The notes: generated by a model from the sequence alone, not told the origin. A stretch of DNA of 64,000 bases from an uncultured Methanoregulaceae archaeon (GCA_963841015.1 CAWJAX010000005.1:224001-288000); one strand, 5' to 3'. Counted from the first letter of the stretch, positions 43,355 through 53,982 are shown. A program made the numbers and translations.

Positions 43355-43486
43355 ATGCCCCTGACGGCACTGCGGTACGCGATAGAGCTGATGCCAAAGG
43401 AACTGAAAGTCGATGCGAAGATGACGGATTGTCAGATTCAGGAAAAATTGATGGACCACTCTTGTAACATAAACGCTGGCAAATAA
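43355..43486 (+). pseudogene. Remnant resembling the C-terminus of an AlkD-like DNA alkylation repair protein
   Basis: Manual translation MPLTALRYAIELMPKELK... resembles the family's MPRTxLRYAIEK C-terminal motif; the rest of the gene is absent. Confidence 0.5.
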
Positions 43487-43497
43487 ATCTCCCGCTG

Positions 43498-45225
43498 TTA
43501 GTTAAGGGTACATGCATTTTTCAGAGTTTTCTCATCAGAATCCGATGCTGTAGCTTTGAGAGAGAGCACAACATCCTGCCTGCTGCCAGTCCGGTACAGG
43601 GTAATCCCTTTCAAATTAAGATTCCATGCCATGAGAATGGCGTCGGCACAATCCTCCTTTGTCGCGGTTTTCGGCAGGTTAATCGTCTTACTGATTGAGG
43701 CATGGACATGTTTCTGGAATGCAGCCTGCATCAGGAGGTGGTCCTTCCAATGGATATCCAGTGCCGTCTTGAATAAAGACCGGAATTCGTCCGGGAGCCA
43801 GAAAAGGTCCTGGATGGTTCCGTTCTCATGCACATGAGTGATAACATCATCTGCCCGTTTCATTCGTTCTTCGGGTGACAACTTCATTTCAGTTATAGAT
43901 TTTTCAAGATATTCGCAGAATACCGGATTTACAATTACAAACGTCTCACCGATGGTATTCATGCGGGTGTAAACAAACGAAAATACAGGTTCTATACCAC
44001 TCGAGCACTGAGCGAGCAGGGATAATGTTCCGGTCGGAGCGAGGGAGGTCAGTGCAGCATTCCTCAAAGGGAAATCTTTCCAGATACTCTCTTTCCATGC
44101 CGGAAACTCCCCGAGTTTTTCCGCCAAAATACGCGATTCGTCAACAGCGGTATCTGTTACGTTCTGCATAACCTCTTCACACCAGGTCCTTCCTTCGGCA
44201 GAATCATACGGCAACCCTACCAAAAGAAGGGCATCGTGGACTCCCATAAGTCCCAGACCAATTTTTCGGGTTTTTTTCGTTGCCTTTTCGATTTCCGGAA
44301 TCGGATAAATATTTTTGTCAATGACCCTGTCGAGGAACCGGACTGCTGTTCGCACGGTTTTGTTCAGATCGTGTTTGTTTAAAATACCCTTTTGTACGCA
44401 TGTTGCGAGATTGATACTGCCAAGAACGCAGCTCTCATACGGAAGAAGTGGTTGTTCTCCACAGGGATTGGTCGTATCAATAACGCCAAGTCCAGGAAGG
44501 GGATTATGACGGTTGATTTCTTCATAAAATAGTATGCCGGGCTCTCCGTTCTTCCAGATCCCCTCAACAATTCCTGACCATATCTGCCCGACCGTTATTA
44601 ATTCACCAGAAGACGGATGGATCATCCAGATATTTTCATACATCTTCCGGGAAACGAGGTCCATGAATTTTTCATCGACCATGACAGAGAGGTTAAAGTT
44701 GGCAATATCCCCTTCCCGTGCTTTTGCAGAAATGAAGGAGAGAATGTCTGGATGCCAGACATTGAGTATTCCCATGTTTGCTCCACGGCGACGTCCACCC
44801 TGTTTTATGACCTCCGTCGCTGCGTTAAAGATTCCCATGAATGATACAGGACCAGAAGCAACACCATCCGTAGATTGTACACGGGAACCTTTTGGCCTGA
44901 TCTGCGAGAAATTATACCCGGTTCCTCCTCCTGCCTTGTGGATGATAGCACCGTTTTTCATTGCATCGAAGATCCCAGCGATAGAGTCTGGAACAGGCAG
45001 AACGAAACAGGCAGAGAGCTGCCCGAGATCCGTTCCGGCATTCATGAGTGTTGGGGAGTTGGGCAAGAAACGAAGAGAAACCATGATATCATAATAGTCG
45101 GTCGCCTCTTTCTCTTCATCTGCAACTGCATTTGCAACGCGGTGGCAGACATCCGCGAACGTTTTTTCTCCTTTCCGTAAGTAGCGCGCCGAGAGGATGC
45201 TGTCAACGGTTTGTGATGAATCCAT
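43498..45225 (-). CDS. nrdJ: Adenosylcobalamin-dependent (class II) ribonucleotide reductase
   Basis: FLPNSPTLMNAG, LSACFV, GGGTG, RRGANMG, TNPCGEQ, ESCVLGS, APTGT, SISKTIN. Confidence 0.93.
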   Translation of the reverse strand: MDSSQTVDSILSARYLRKGEKTFADVCHRVANAVADEEKEATDYYDIMVSLRFLPNSPTLMNAGTDLGQLSACFVLPVPDSIAGIFDAMKNGAIIHKAGGGTGYNFSQIRPKGSRVQSTDGVASGPVSFMGIFNAATEVIKQGGRRRGANMGILNVWHPDILSFISAKAREGDIANFNLSVMVDEKFMDLVSRKMYENIWMIHPSSGELITVGQIWSGIVEGIWKNGEPGILFYEEINRHNPLPGLGVIDTTNPCGEQPLLPYESCVLGSINLATCVQKGILNKHDLNKTVRTAVRFLDRVIDKNIYPIPEIEKATKKTRKIGLGLMGVHDALLLVGLPYDSAEGRTWCEEVMQNVTDTAVDESRILAEKLGEFPAWKESIWKDFPLRNAALTSLAPTGTLSLLAQCSSGIEPVFSFVYTRMNTIGETFVIVNPVFCEYLEKSITEMKLSPEERMKRADDVITHVHENGTIQDLFWLPDEFRSLFKTALDIHWKDHLLMQAAFQKHVHASISKTINLPKTATKEDCADAILMAWNLNLKGITLYRTGSRQDVVLSLKATASDSDEKTLKNACTLN

Positions 45226-45484
45226 CAGAATTCCTGAACTATCTGTACCTGTTCTCTGAAAGGGACTTAGTGACAACTGAGGTATTAAACATATTTTTTA
45301 TGTCAATTCAGCTGGTACAAACTTCCAAATGAGAATATATTTACAATTTGAAAAAGTGGGATATACTCCTAATATCCCTCAAATTTTGTAAAAATGTAGA
45401 AAAAGTTACTCCCTATCCTTATCGAATCGCCATGTTTCCAAAGGATGCCTGATTGACCTCGGGGATTCCTCTTCTTTATTGTGA

Positions 45485-45952
45485 CTACCCTCCGATGCCA
45501 AAAGCTGAGGTAATCTCAGAAAGTGCTGCCTTTTCCGGATCGCTGACTGCAACCCCGTTCTCTTTTGCCGCTTCTGCCACCTTCAGGCCGATGGCCAGGA
45601 CCCATTTTTTATATGCCAAACCCTCTTCGGGAGGGATCTTTGTCAGTGTCGTTGCTGCAGACCTGCAGGCATCTAGAGTCTTTGTCCGGTATCCAGCCTG
45701 ATCCTGTTTCCACGCATTCTGCTGATCTTTCATCAGGTCTTTAACCCGTGACTGCATCTCGGCGAGGATGAGACCCACAAGGCCACTCCCGCTTGCAGGA
45801 GCGAGGTTCGCCGGTTCCTGCATAATGGCTTTCGTTTCTCCCCACAATCCAAGGATAGAGGGGGCTGCAACCATAACAGTCATCGAAACTGCATAGGGCA
45901 GACTGACCAGGTTTTCCCATTCCGCTGGGGTAAAATTCTCTTTCATTCCCAT
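45485..45952 (-). CDS. Hypothetical protein, TerB-like fold
   Basis: FTPAEW..L...P start; C-terminal VAEAAKE...VSDPEKAALSEI..AFG pattern. Confidence 0.6.
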   Translation of the reverse strand: MGMKENFTPAEWENLVSLPYAVSMTVMVAAPSILGLWGETKAIMQEPANLAPASGSGLVGLILAEMQSRVKDLMKDQQNAWKQDQAGYRTKTLDACRSAATTLTKIPPEEGLAYKKWVLAIGLKVAEAAKENGVAVSDPEKAALSEITSAFGIGG

Positions 45953-46136
45953 AAATCATACCTTTATTTTTCAGGAAAATATAATCGATCCATTTCTCAG
46001 ATCTGTAGAATTTCTCAGGATGTCCACAACTCAAAGCAGATAACCGACTGTTGCAAGGGTTCAGGAGTTGAATTTGAACCACCGTGCTCTTGAAAGATAT
46101 GCCTTTGTGGTAATTCACCGTTATTCCTGGAGAGGG

Positions 46137-46167
46137 AAGAAGATAAAGATGGATTTTATCTCTTCTT
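46137..46167 (-). terminator. Hairpin downstream of pdxT
   Basis: Imperfect inverted repeat AAGAAGATAAA...TTTATCTCTTCTT. Confidence 0.4.
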
Positions 46168-46175
46168 ATCAGGAT

Positions 46176-46766
46176 TCAGATACCAAGTTTCTTTAAAAAC
46201 CGCTCGTGAAGACGGGTATCGCATGACAGTTCAGGATGGAACGAGAATGCCATATGCTTACCGCATTCAACCGCAACTATTCCCTGATCCATCCGGGAGA
46301 GTACTGAAACACCCCTTCCGGAAGTTGTGGCAACTGGTGCCCTGATAAAAATCGCATGGAACGGACCCCCGTCAAGTCCTTCAATCGGGAGGTCTGCTTC
46401 AAAAGATTCCCTCTGTCTCCCAAACGCATTCCGGTCCACGGTCATATCAATGAGATCCAGAGTATGGATACGGGTATCATCCACATGCGTCGCCATCAGC
46501 ACCATGCCAGCGCATGTAGCAAAAATACCTCCGGAAAACGAGCGGATCGGCCCGTACATGTGGTTTTTTTCAATGAGGCGGGAGATTGTGGTAGATTCTC
46601 CTCCAGGGATTGCAAGGGCATTGCAGGAAGAAATGTCGGCAGGGTGTCTGATTTCAAAAACTTCTGATGATTCCCCCTGCCCCATCCGGTTAAGCGCCAG
46701 CAGGAACGCTTCTACGTGTTCGCTCACATTTCCCTGGAGTGCAAGTATGCCGATCTTAACGACCAC
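46176..46766 (-). CDS. pdxT: PLP synthase glutaminase subunit
   Basis: GILALQG, PGGESTT, ATCAG, RNAFGRQ, FIRAP, FHPE. Confidence 0.95.
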   Translation of the reverse strand: MVVKIGILALQGNVSEHVEAFLLALNRMGQGESSEVFEIRHPADISSCNALAIPGGESTTISRLIEKNHMYGPIRSFSGGIFATCAGMVLMATHVDDTRIHTLDLIDMTVDRNAFGRQRESFEADLPIEGLDGGPFHAIFIRAPVATTSGRGVSVLSRMDQGIVAVECGKHMAFSFHPELSCDTRLHERFLKKLGI

Positions 46767-47652
46767 GGGTTTGTAGCACCTCATCGTCCCTGAGGGTGTG
46801 CACATCAAGTCCCGGCATCGCATCGCCAAGACCTTTACTCACCCGTGCGATAACCTCAGGTTCATTGAAATGGTTAACTGCTTCGACAATCGCCTTTGCC
46901 ATCCGTTCAGGGCTGGAGGATTTGAAAATGCCGGATCCGACAAAAACCCCATCAGCACCCAGCTGCATCATCATCGCTGCATCTGATGGGGTGGCTATAC
47001 CCCCGGCTGAGAAGTTCACAACGGGCAGCCGCCCGCGCTCCGAACATTCTATGACCAGTTCTGCGGGGGCTTCGATATCCCGTGCATAATCGATCATTTC
47101 CTGCCGGTCCATGCCTTTCAGCATCCGTATCTCTCCCATAATATTGCGCATATGGCGGACAGCCTCGACAACATTGCCGGTCCCTGCCTCACCCTTGGTC
47201 CGGATCATCGCTGCTCCCTCGTTTATCCTGCGAAGGGCCTCTCCGAGATCCCGGGCCCCGCACACGAAGGGAACTTTGAAAAGTTTCTTATCGATATGAT
47301 ATTGCTCATCTGCCGGTGTCAGGACCTCACTCTCATCAATCATATCGACACCCAGGGTTTCCAAGACCTGTGCTTCCACAAAATGCCCGATCCGCACCTT
47401 TCCCATAACCGGGATAGAGACCGCATCAATGATCTCAATGACCTTCTCGGGATCCGCCATGCGGGCAACACCCCCCATTTTCCGGATGTCCGAAGGCACC
47501 CGTTCCAGCGACATGACTGCGACGGCACCGGCGTCCTCAGCGATCTTTGCCTGGTCGGCATTTACAACATCCATAATAACTCCCCCTTTCTGCATGGATG
47601 CAAAGCCGCGCTTGAGAAGCTCAGTGCCAAATCTCAGTTCTTCAAGTTTCAT
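46756..47652 (-). CDS. pdxS: PLP synthase lyase subunit
   Basis: [27 protein letters not shown]. Confidence 0.97.
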   Translation of the reverse strand: MKLEELRFGTELLKRGFASMQKGGVIMDVVNADQAKIAEDAGAVAVMSLERVPSDIRKMGGVARMADPEKVIEIIDAVSIPVMGKVRIGHFVEAQVLETLGVDMIDESEVLTPADEQYHIDKKLFKVPFVCGARDLGEALRRINEGAAMIRTKGEAGTGNVVEAVRHMRNIMGEIRMLKGMDRQEMIDYARDIEAPAELVIECSERGRLPVVNFSAGGIATPSDAAMMMQLGADGVFVGSGIFKSSSPERMAKAIVEAVNHFNEPEVIARVSKGLGDAMPGLDVHTLRDDEVLQTRGR

Positions 47653-48590
47653 ATGCCGGTACTATTGATCCATGATCCCAATAAAATCAGAGTACTACCG
47701 GCAATAATGGTAAAGGTAATCGTTACAAACCGGCACGCCCGGATAATATCAGAGCCGGCTTCATCAAGAGTTCTTGCCCCGTCTCCAATTGTATAGATCC
47801 CTGGTTTTTCAAACCGTATTCCCATCCCCCCTGCCATAGTTGCCATCACAATACCGCCATTATAACCTGGACGTTTATGACCGTCGCGACGCATCACACG
47901 CACTGCATCCGAAAATGTCCCCTTGAAGGCAAAATACACAAGAAGCAACAATGCCGTAAACCGTGCGGGAACGAAATTCAGTAGGTCATCCATGCGAGCC
48001 GAGAACCAGCCTAAACGTTCCCTTTCATCCCGATATCCCAGCATAGCATCCATGGTGTTTGCTGCACGAAATATGGCAGCACCGGCAAGCCCGAAGAATA
48101 AAAAATAAAACAAGGGGGAGATAATGCTGTCAGTTAGATTTTCAGTCATCGATTCATACCCGGCTGACAGAATTTGTTCACGTTCAAGATATGCGGTGTC
48201 TCTCGATACCAGCATTTTAACCTTTTCTCGCCCAATCTGCACCCCATCTTTCAAAGCAGCCACAACCGCAAGAGTATGCTCTTCGAGCGATCGCCATGCA
48301 AAACAGCATTTGAGCAGGAAGGGCGCAATGATCAGGTACAGGTACCACGGGCTGAAAACTTTAAAAAAGTAAAACGGCAGCGCGAAAAGAATTGTTGTGG
48401 CAAGCCAGAAGACCACACCAAAAAAACGCTGGAACCGGGGGGAATATTTTTCCGGCTTACCCCACCACCCAATAAACCTGCCAAGGATTGCAACGGGATG
48501 CCAATGCGAATGTGGATCTCCGATAAGACGATCAATAATAAGAGCGCAGATTAATACAATGACTGTGATCGTTACTGCTGACGGTACCAT
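47649..48590 (-). CDS. cbiB: Adenosylcobinamide-phosphate synthase
   Basis: GDP...[31 protein letters not shown]. Confidence 0.92.
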   Translation of the reverse strand: MVPSAVTITVIVLICALIIDRLIGDPHSHWHPVAILGRFIGWWGKPEKYSPRFQRFFGVVFWLATTILFALPFYFFKVFSPWYLYLIIAPFLLKCCFAWRSLEEHTLAVVAALKDGVQIGREKVKMLVSRDTAYLEREQILSAGYESMTENLTDSIISPLFYFLFFGLAGAAIFRAANTMDAMLGYRDERERLGWFSARMDDLLNFVPARFTALLLLVYFAFKGTFSDAVRVMRRDGHKRPGYNGGIVMATMAGGMGIRFEKPGIYTIGDGARTLDEAGSDIIRACRFVTITFTIIAGSTLILLGSWINSTGI

Positions 48591-49144
48591 ATGTAGAGTG
48601 CACCAACGATAAGGGTGATAAAAGCGGCAGTATTGAGAAATTCAATTTTCGTATAAAGTGATGCACTATAGAGGACTAAGGCAATTCCCATCATGATCAT
48701 CAGAAGATGCGGGCGACCATGGGCAACCGGCTGGAGGGGAGGTTCATCCTTTGCTGGCTTTTTCTCAATAGCTAATCCCTGGATGACATCAACCCGAAGG
48801 GTCGTTTTTGTTCCACCGTATCCGGTAATAATCTCCAGATCAAAGAATCCTTCTGGGCAGTCTTTTCGCAGATGAATGGTTAATTCCGTTTCATCGACCA
48901 CATACATGTTCTCGTGGAAGAAATCAGTATACATCCCTGAATTGGGAGTGGAGATGGTAATATGAGTCGGGGCTCCACGGTTTTTAAAAATTAACCGCAG
49001 GGAACCGCCTGTTTTTACCCATATGTTTTCTTTTGGGACTTCAATAAAATTAATCCCAAGGCGGTTAAGATAAAATTCAAAAGATGTTTCATTGGAGACC
49101 TGACCCGCCGCAATCAGCACGGTGAATGACAACGGGAAATTCAT
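48572..49144 (-). CDS. Conserved hypothetical archaeal membrane protein
   Basis: LNR.GIN.IE, N.GAPTHI, TGYG, two C-terminal TM segments; start uncertain. Confidence 0.6.
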   Translation of the reverse strand: MNFPLSFTVLIAAGQVSNETSFEFYLNRLGINFIEVPKENIWVKTGGSLRLIFKNRGAPTHITISTPNSGMYTDFFHENMYVVDETELTIHLRKDCPEGFFDLEIITGYGGTKTTLRVDVIQGLAIEKKPAKDEPPLQPVAHGRPHLLMIMMGIALVLYSASLYTKIEFLNTAAFITLIVGALYIWYRQQ

Positions 49145-49157
49145 TCCTGCTCCTTTT

Positions 49158-49343
49158 TTATTTTGTCGGGGGGGTCTGTGGGAGAAGATTGGGAATACCT
49201 TCATGGATAGGATAATTTACCCCACAAGCGGTGCAGAATAAGCCTCCCTCGAGGATTTCCTTTTCATCCTCTTTCTGAACCTCAAGTGTGAGATCTCCTT
49301 TGCATATCGGGCAACATAGTATGTCCATGAGTGAACGTCTCAT
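49158..49343 (-). CDS. trm112: Methyltransferase partner Trm112
   Basis: LMDILCCPICKG.L...L.C..C...YPI.EGIPNLLP. Confidence 0.9.
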   Translation of the reverse strand: MRRSLMDILCCPICKGDLTLEVQKEDEKEILEGGLFCTACGVNYPIHEGIPNLLPQTPPTK

Positions 49344-50353
49344 ACTATTTCTTTCCTCAAATCGATGATCTGGGTCATCTCAGGTCCGGTAGAGATCAGG
49401 GTAATAGGGCTGCCGATATCGTCCTCTGCTTTCTTTAAAAAGTCTTTTGCCTTCTTTGACAATTTCCCGTACTCAGTCACCCCAAAACAGTTTTTATCCA
49501 CTCGATCGATTCCGGTAATTGCTGCCTGGGTACATCCATTGATCATGGCTGAATACCGGGCCATATCCCCATCCCATCCACCAATACGCCGCTTCCGGTG
49601 GGTGACGGTTCCAAACTCCTGGATACCCATTGAATCAGATTTTTCAGCAGTCATCTCCGTACTGAACGGGCCTTCACCAACACGGGTGGGATATGCCTTG
49701 AAAACAACAATTACATCATCAATTTTTGTTGGTCCTACGCCATTATCCGCTGCAATCTGGGATGCCGAGGTATCTTTGCTTGTTACGAAAGGATATGTAC
49801 CATAGTAGAGAGAGATACCAAAACCCTGTGTCCCTTCAAGCAGTACCGTCTTTCCTTGTTTGAGCTCATCATCAATCGCTTTTGGGACGTCCAGTAAATA
49901 TTCGGCAAGCTCTGGTACATCCTTTGCCTGAGGAGAAATCCGCATCACCCGGTCAGAATTTGCAGGCCCGCATCCTGATCCGGTGCTTCCAATCTTCTTT
50001 GACAGGTGAGCACTTCCCTTATCCCTGATGATGTGATCTTCGGTAATAATACCACAGCGTTTATCAACAAATACCCGGCCTTTCACATCGAGCATTTCGA
50101 TTTCCTGTTTCAAAATGCGGGGGTCGACAAGCACACCGCTGCCAATGCAGAGTTTAGCTTGTTTATACACAAAACCTGACGGAACCATGCGGACACCATA
50201 TTCGCGGTCTCCAACCTGAACAGTGTGCCCGGCATTCGGCCCAACACCGCCGCGTGAGATGATTACCGGTTTGTCTTTGTATGCAATATGGGCAACAATT
50301 TTACCCTTTCCTTCATCTCCAAAAAATCCACCAACGATGATCGTGCAGCTCAT
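49340..50353 (-). CDS. purA: Adenylosuccinate synthetase (short archaeal type)
   Basis: GDEGKGK, GPNAGHT, EGTQG, YPFVTS, EFGTVTHRKRR. Confidence 0.96.
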   Translation of the reverse strand: MSCTIIVGGFFGDEGKGKIVAHIAYKDKPVIISRGGVGPNAGHTVQVGDREYGVRMVPSGFVYKQAKLCIGSGVLVDPRILKQEIEMLDVKGRVFVDKRCGIITEDHIIRDKGSAHLSKKIGSTGSGCGPANSDRVMRISPQAKDVPELAEYLLDVPKAIDDELKQGKTVLLEGTQGFGISLYYGTYPFVTSKDTSASQIAADNGVGPTKIDDVIVVFKAYPTRVGEGPFSTEMTAEKSDSMGIQEFGTVTHRKRRIGGWDGDMARYSAMINGCTQAAITGIDRVDKNCFGVTEYGKLSKKAKDFLKKAEDDIGSPITLISTGPEMTQIIDLRKEIV

Positions 50354-50462
50354 TGTAATATCAAGTAGTATTGATCGAATTGCAAAATAAAGTATGCTTA
50401 GGAAAAGTTCCCTGAACACAGCAGGAAGAATACATGGTTTTTTCGGGGTTTACTCCTATATA

Positions 50463-51620
50463 TCAGAGACCGTTGAGGAACGATTCCATCCGCCCGAGTG
50501 CTTCAGTAAGTTGCTTTCTGGAAACCGCATAGGCACAGCGCAGATTGTTTTCACCACCAACACCAAAGACACTCCCAGGTACCACGGCAACCTGGTGTTC
50601 TGTTAAGAGTCGTTCGGCAAACTCGGTGTCCGACATCCCGGTACCTTTGACAGATGGAAATGCATAGAATGCCCCCTCAGGAACATGAGTGGGGAGGCCG
50701 ATGCGGTTTAATCCTGCAACAAACATATTGCGCCTTAAACGGTATTCCTGCACCATATTATTTTTATCCTCTTCTGCAGAGCGAATTGCTTCAAGAGCAC
50801 CAACCTGGCCCATGACGGGTGCGCAGAGCATCACATACTGATGGATCTTAAGGATTGCTTCGCAGAGCTCTTTTGGTGCACAGAGATAGCCGACACGCCA
50901 TCCGGTCATTGCGTACGCTTTCGAGAACCCGTTGAGGGTAATTGTCCGCTGCCAAAGATCACTTACTGTTGCTGCAGCAACATGGCTTCCTTCATAGGTC
51001 AGTTCTGCATATACCTCATCAGAGATGAGCAGAAGGTCGTTATCAATAATGATATCCGCGATGGCCTGAAGATCTTTCCGGTTCATTACGGCACCGGTGG
51101 GATTGTTCGGGAAATTGATCATTACGGCTTTTGTTTTCCCGGTGATCTTTTCCTGGAGTGTCTCAGGATTGAGTTTGAACCGGTCAGCTTCTGTACATTC
51201 AACAGGAACCGGGAGGCCTCCTGCCAGGGTGACACAGGGTGCATAAGAGACATAACTTGGTTGTGCGATAAGCACTTCATCCCCTGGATCTACAATTGCC
51301 CGGATAGCGATATCCAGCGCTTCTGAAACTCCACTCGTGATAATAATTTCATCTTCGCTGCTATAAGGAAGATTATAGTGCTGATTTAAGTAGTTGGAGA
51401 GTGTTTCAAGGAGCACCGGCAAACCTTTATTGGGGGTATACGATGTCATCCCCTGTTCTATTGAGTAAATGCTCGACTCGCATATATTCCAGGGAGTGCG
51501 AAAATCAGGTTCGCCAACACCCAGGGATATGACATCCTCCATCGTCAGAGCAAGATCGAAGAATTTCCTGATTCCTGACGGTGGGATGTTCTGTGCACGT
51601 TCTGAAATAAAATTCCGCAT
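50463..51620 (-). CDS. Aminotransferase class I/II
   Basis: [34 protein letters not shown]. Confidence 0.92.
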   Translation of the reverse strand: MRNFISERAQNIPPSGIRKFFDLALTMEDVISLGVGEPDFRTPWNICESSIYSIEQGMTSYTPNKGLPVLLETLSNYLNQHYNLPYSSEDEIIITSGVSEALDIAIRAIVDPGDEVLIAQPSYVSYAPCVTLAGGLPVPVECTEADRFKLNPETLQEKITGKTKAVMINFPNNPTGAVMNRKDLQAIADIIIDNDLLLISDEVYAELTYEGSHVAAATVSDLWQRTITLNGFSKAYAMTGWRVGYLCAPKELCEAILKIHQYVMLCAPVMGQVGALEAIRSAEEDKNNMVQEYRLRRNMFVAGLNRIGLPTHVPEGAFYAFPSVKGTGMSDTEFAERLLTEHQVAVVPGSVFGVGGENNLRCAYAVSRKQLTEALGRMESFLNGL

Positions 51621-51628
51621 TCTACACC

Positions 51629-52120
51629 TTAGAAAGAGTACGGGAGCCGTTCTGCTTCCTGTTGTTCAAAGAGTATGTTGCCATTTTCCTTGTACGACTT
51701 CATGATAATGTGAGTTGCCGTCTCTCGGATCCTATCCATAGGTGCTACATGTTCAGAGACGAAACGGGAAACTTCCTGCATGTTATTTCCTGTTACAAGG
51801 AGCTGGAGATCATAGGTGCCCGTCATTAGGCGCAGGGTTTTTACCTGCCTGAACCGGGAAAGCCGTTCTGCTATCCGGTCATAGCCGAAGTCGCGTTCGG
51901 GATTTACCTTGAGTTCGATGATGGAAGATACCTCGCCGTTGCCTGCCAGCTCCCAGTTGATGACAGTTGTATATTTCCGGATAACCCCGGCAGCCTCAAG
52001 TGCATGGACCCGTGCCTCCACTTCATTGGGGGTGAGATTTGTCATCGTAGCTATTTCCGTTGCTGAGAGCCTGCTGTTATCCTCAAGAATTCGGAGAAGT
52101 TCGAGATCTTTTTCTTGCAT
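51629..52120 (-). CDS. Lrp/AsnC family transcriptional regulator
   Basis: N-terminal HTH (LEDNSR...LEAAGVIRKY) plus RAM domain (GTYDL). Confidence 0.92.
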   Translation of the reverse strand: MQEKDLELLRILEDNSRLSATEIATMTNLTPNEVEARVHALEAAGVIRKYTTVINWELAGNGEVSSIIELKVNPERDFGYDRIAERLSRFRQVKTLRLMTGTYDLQLLVTGNNMQEVSRFVSEHVAPMDRIRETATHIIMKSYKENGNILFEQQEAERLPYSF

Positions 52121-52126
52121 ACCTCA

Positions 52127-53420
52127 TCACCTGAACCATGTTTTTAACCATTTTGCTTCCATCTGCTTTACATCAAGGTCCTTTAACCCGTTCAGTCGCG
52201 AATCCTTGAGCACAACTTCACGGATCTTGCCCGTGTTTGAGTCAAACCACATCTCTTTTGTTCTGCCATACCGCCCACGGCTTACCACACGTGTGTTGAT
52301 TACACCGAGCATGTTTAACTCAGAGATGAGATCGGTAATGCGACGATGAGTGAGTACATCAAGTTCAATTCTCGGTGCAATGTCCTGATATATACGTGAA
52401 ACTTCCCCGCTGGTAAATATATTCTGTCCGAGCCTGCTCGAGTATGAGCATCGAGAACAAGATAAGTTTACTCTGGGTGGGAAGTGTTGCAATGCATTCA
52501 ATCATACTATCAGTTTCGATCTTTGCCTGTGCCTGCTTAACGTGCTCTTCTTTGACCAGATCTGATTCATCGCGATCAGCAAGTTCGCCGGAAATTCTCA
52601 AAAGGTCAAGGGCCCGACGGGCATCTCCATGTTCCTGTGCTGCAAGAGCGGAACAGAGCGGGATTACCCCTTCTGCTATGGCATCCTTCATGAATGCCGC
52701 ATCAGACCGTTGTGCAAGAATGTCGACAAGCTGTGGAGCATTGTAAGGTGGGAATACAATCTCTTCCTCAGAGAGCGATGAAAGGACACGGGGATCCAGA
52801 AAATCTTTGAAACTCAGATCGTTTGAGATGCCAATGATGCTCACCTTGGAATTTTTTAGATCGGTGTTGATTCGCGTAAGATTATACAGCGTGTCATCAC
52901 CGCTCTTTTTTACCAGCTTATCAATCTCATCAAGCACAATGACCAGCACACCGCCACCAGCTTCGAGTTGATTTTTGAGCTCGGCATATACTTGATCGGT
53001 GGGCCAGCCAGTCATGGGGATATGAAGCCTGGTCTTATCACTGGCGGCTTCATCCATTTCATCAAGACTTTTTGCTATTTGAGCAAGTACACGGTATTGG
53101 GTATCGATCACTTCGCAGTTTAAATGGACAATCCGGCATATGGTGCCCATCTTGCTACTTGCCTTTTCAAGTTCTGATCCCACATACCTGACACAGGCTG
53201 TCTTGCCGGTCCCGGTCTTTCCATAAATTAGGATATTTGAAGGGGTTTCGTTTCTCAGAGAGGGAGCGAGGATTGACGCCACATTATCAATCTGGGGCTT
53301 ACGATGGGGAAGAATCTGAGGCCGGTACGAGTGTCGGAGAACTTCGCGATCGCGGAATATCTTGTTATTGGCAAGGTATTTTTTAAATAACCCTGTTGAG
53401 GGATCTGCTGTTTCGGGCAT
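52127..53420 (-). CDS. cdc6: Orc1/Cdc6 replication initiator, frameshift near 52433
   Basis: YGKTGTGKT, VLDEID, HGDARRALDLLR; winged helix (LNMLGVI...SRGRYGRT) in the shifted frame. Confidence 0.95.
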
Positions 53421-53488
53421 AGTGACACTAAGGATCAGACACTTAGTGACATAAGACTAAAAAACGATCGGTTTATCCCTTTTATAAA

Positions 53489-53508
53489 CCCCTTTGTTTC
53501 CAGTGGAC
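53489..53508 (-). repeat. ORB1 origin recognition box
   Basis: Reverse complement GTCCACTGGAAACAAAGGGG matches the archaeal ORB consensus with G-string. Confidence 0.88.
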
Positions 53509-53674
53509 CGAGTGCAATTTACAATTGAATTCCTTAATAAAGCCCAAAAATTTTAATTTAATCTTTATTATTGATTTGATTGAAACAAAATAAAAAAGCA
53601 ATATCTGGTTTAAATGTCAGAAATAAACATGATTTTAAAGATTATCCGATTCCTTTCAATTTTTGGGGAGGGGG

Positions 53675-53696
53675 ACCCCTTGGTTTCGTGTGGAAA
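53675..53696 (-). repeat. ORB2
   Basis: Reverse complement TTTCCACACGAAACCAAGGGGT. Confidence 0.9.
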
Positions 53697-53857
53697 TCAT
53701 TAGTATGACTTAAGATCGTTTAAAATCTCAATAAAATGAGCTTATTTAGATCTGGATTTTTAAATATATAAACATTTCAACACCAGATATCCTTTTCTTG
53801 TTTGATAAAAAAGGCAATAAACAATTATTTTACTGAAAAGGAGACCCTGGAACATAG

Positions 53858-53879
53858 TTTCCACACGAAACCAAGGGGT
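53858..53879 (+). repeat. ORB3 (perfect inverted copy of ORB2)
   Basis: TTTCCACACGAAACCAAGGGGT; with ORB2 it flanks a ~160-bp AT-rich DUE. Confidence 0.9.
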
Positions 53880-53982
53880 GGCTTCAGAACTTAAACCTCC
53901 AGATCTTACTATTGAAAAATAGTAATAGGTGTCAATCTCATCATCATACTATATTAATGGAAAAAATACTAATCAACATTAA

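Larger units (their letters stand above)
53421..53982. other. Chromosomal replication origin oriC
   Basis: AT-rich 560-bp intergenic region upstream of cdc6 with three ORB boxes. Confidence 0.9.
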
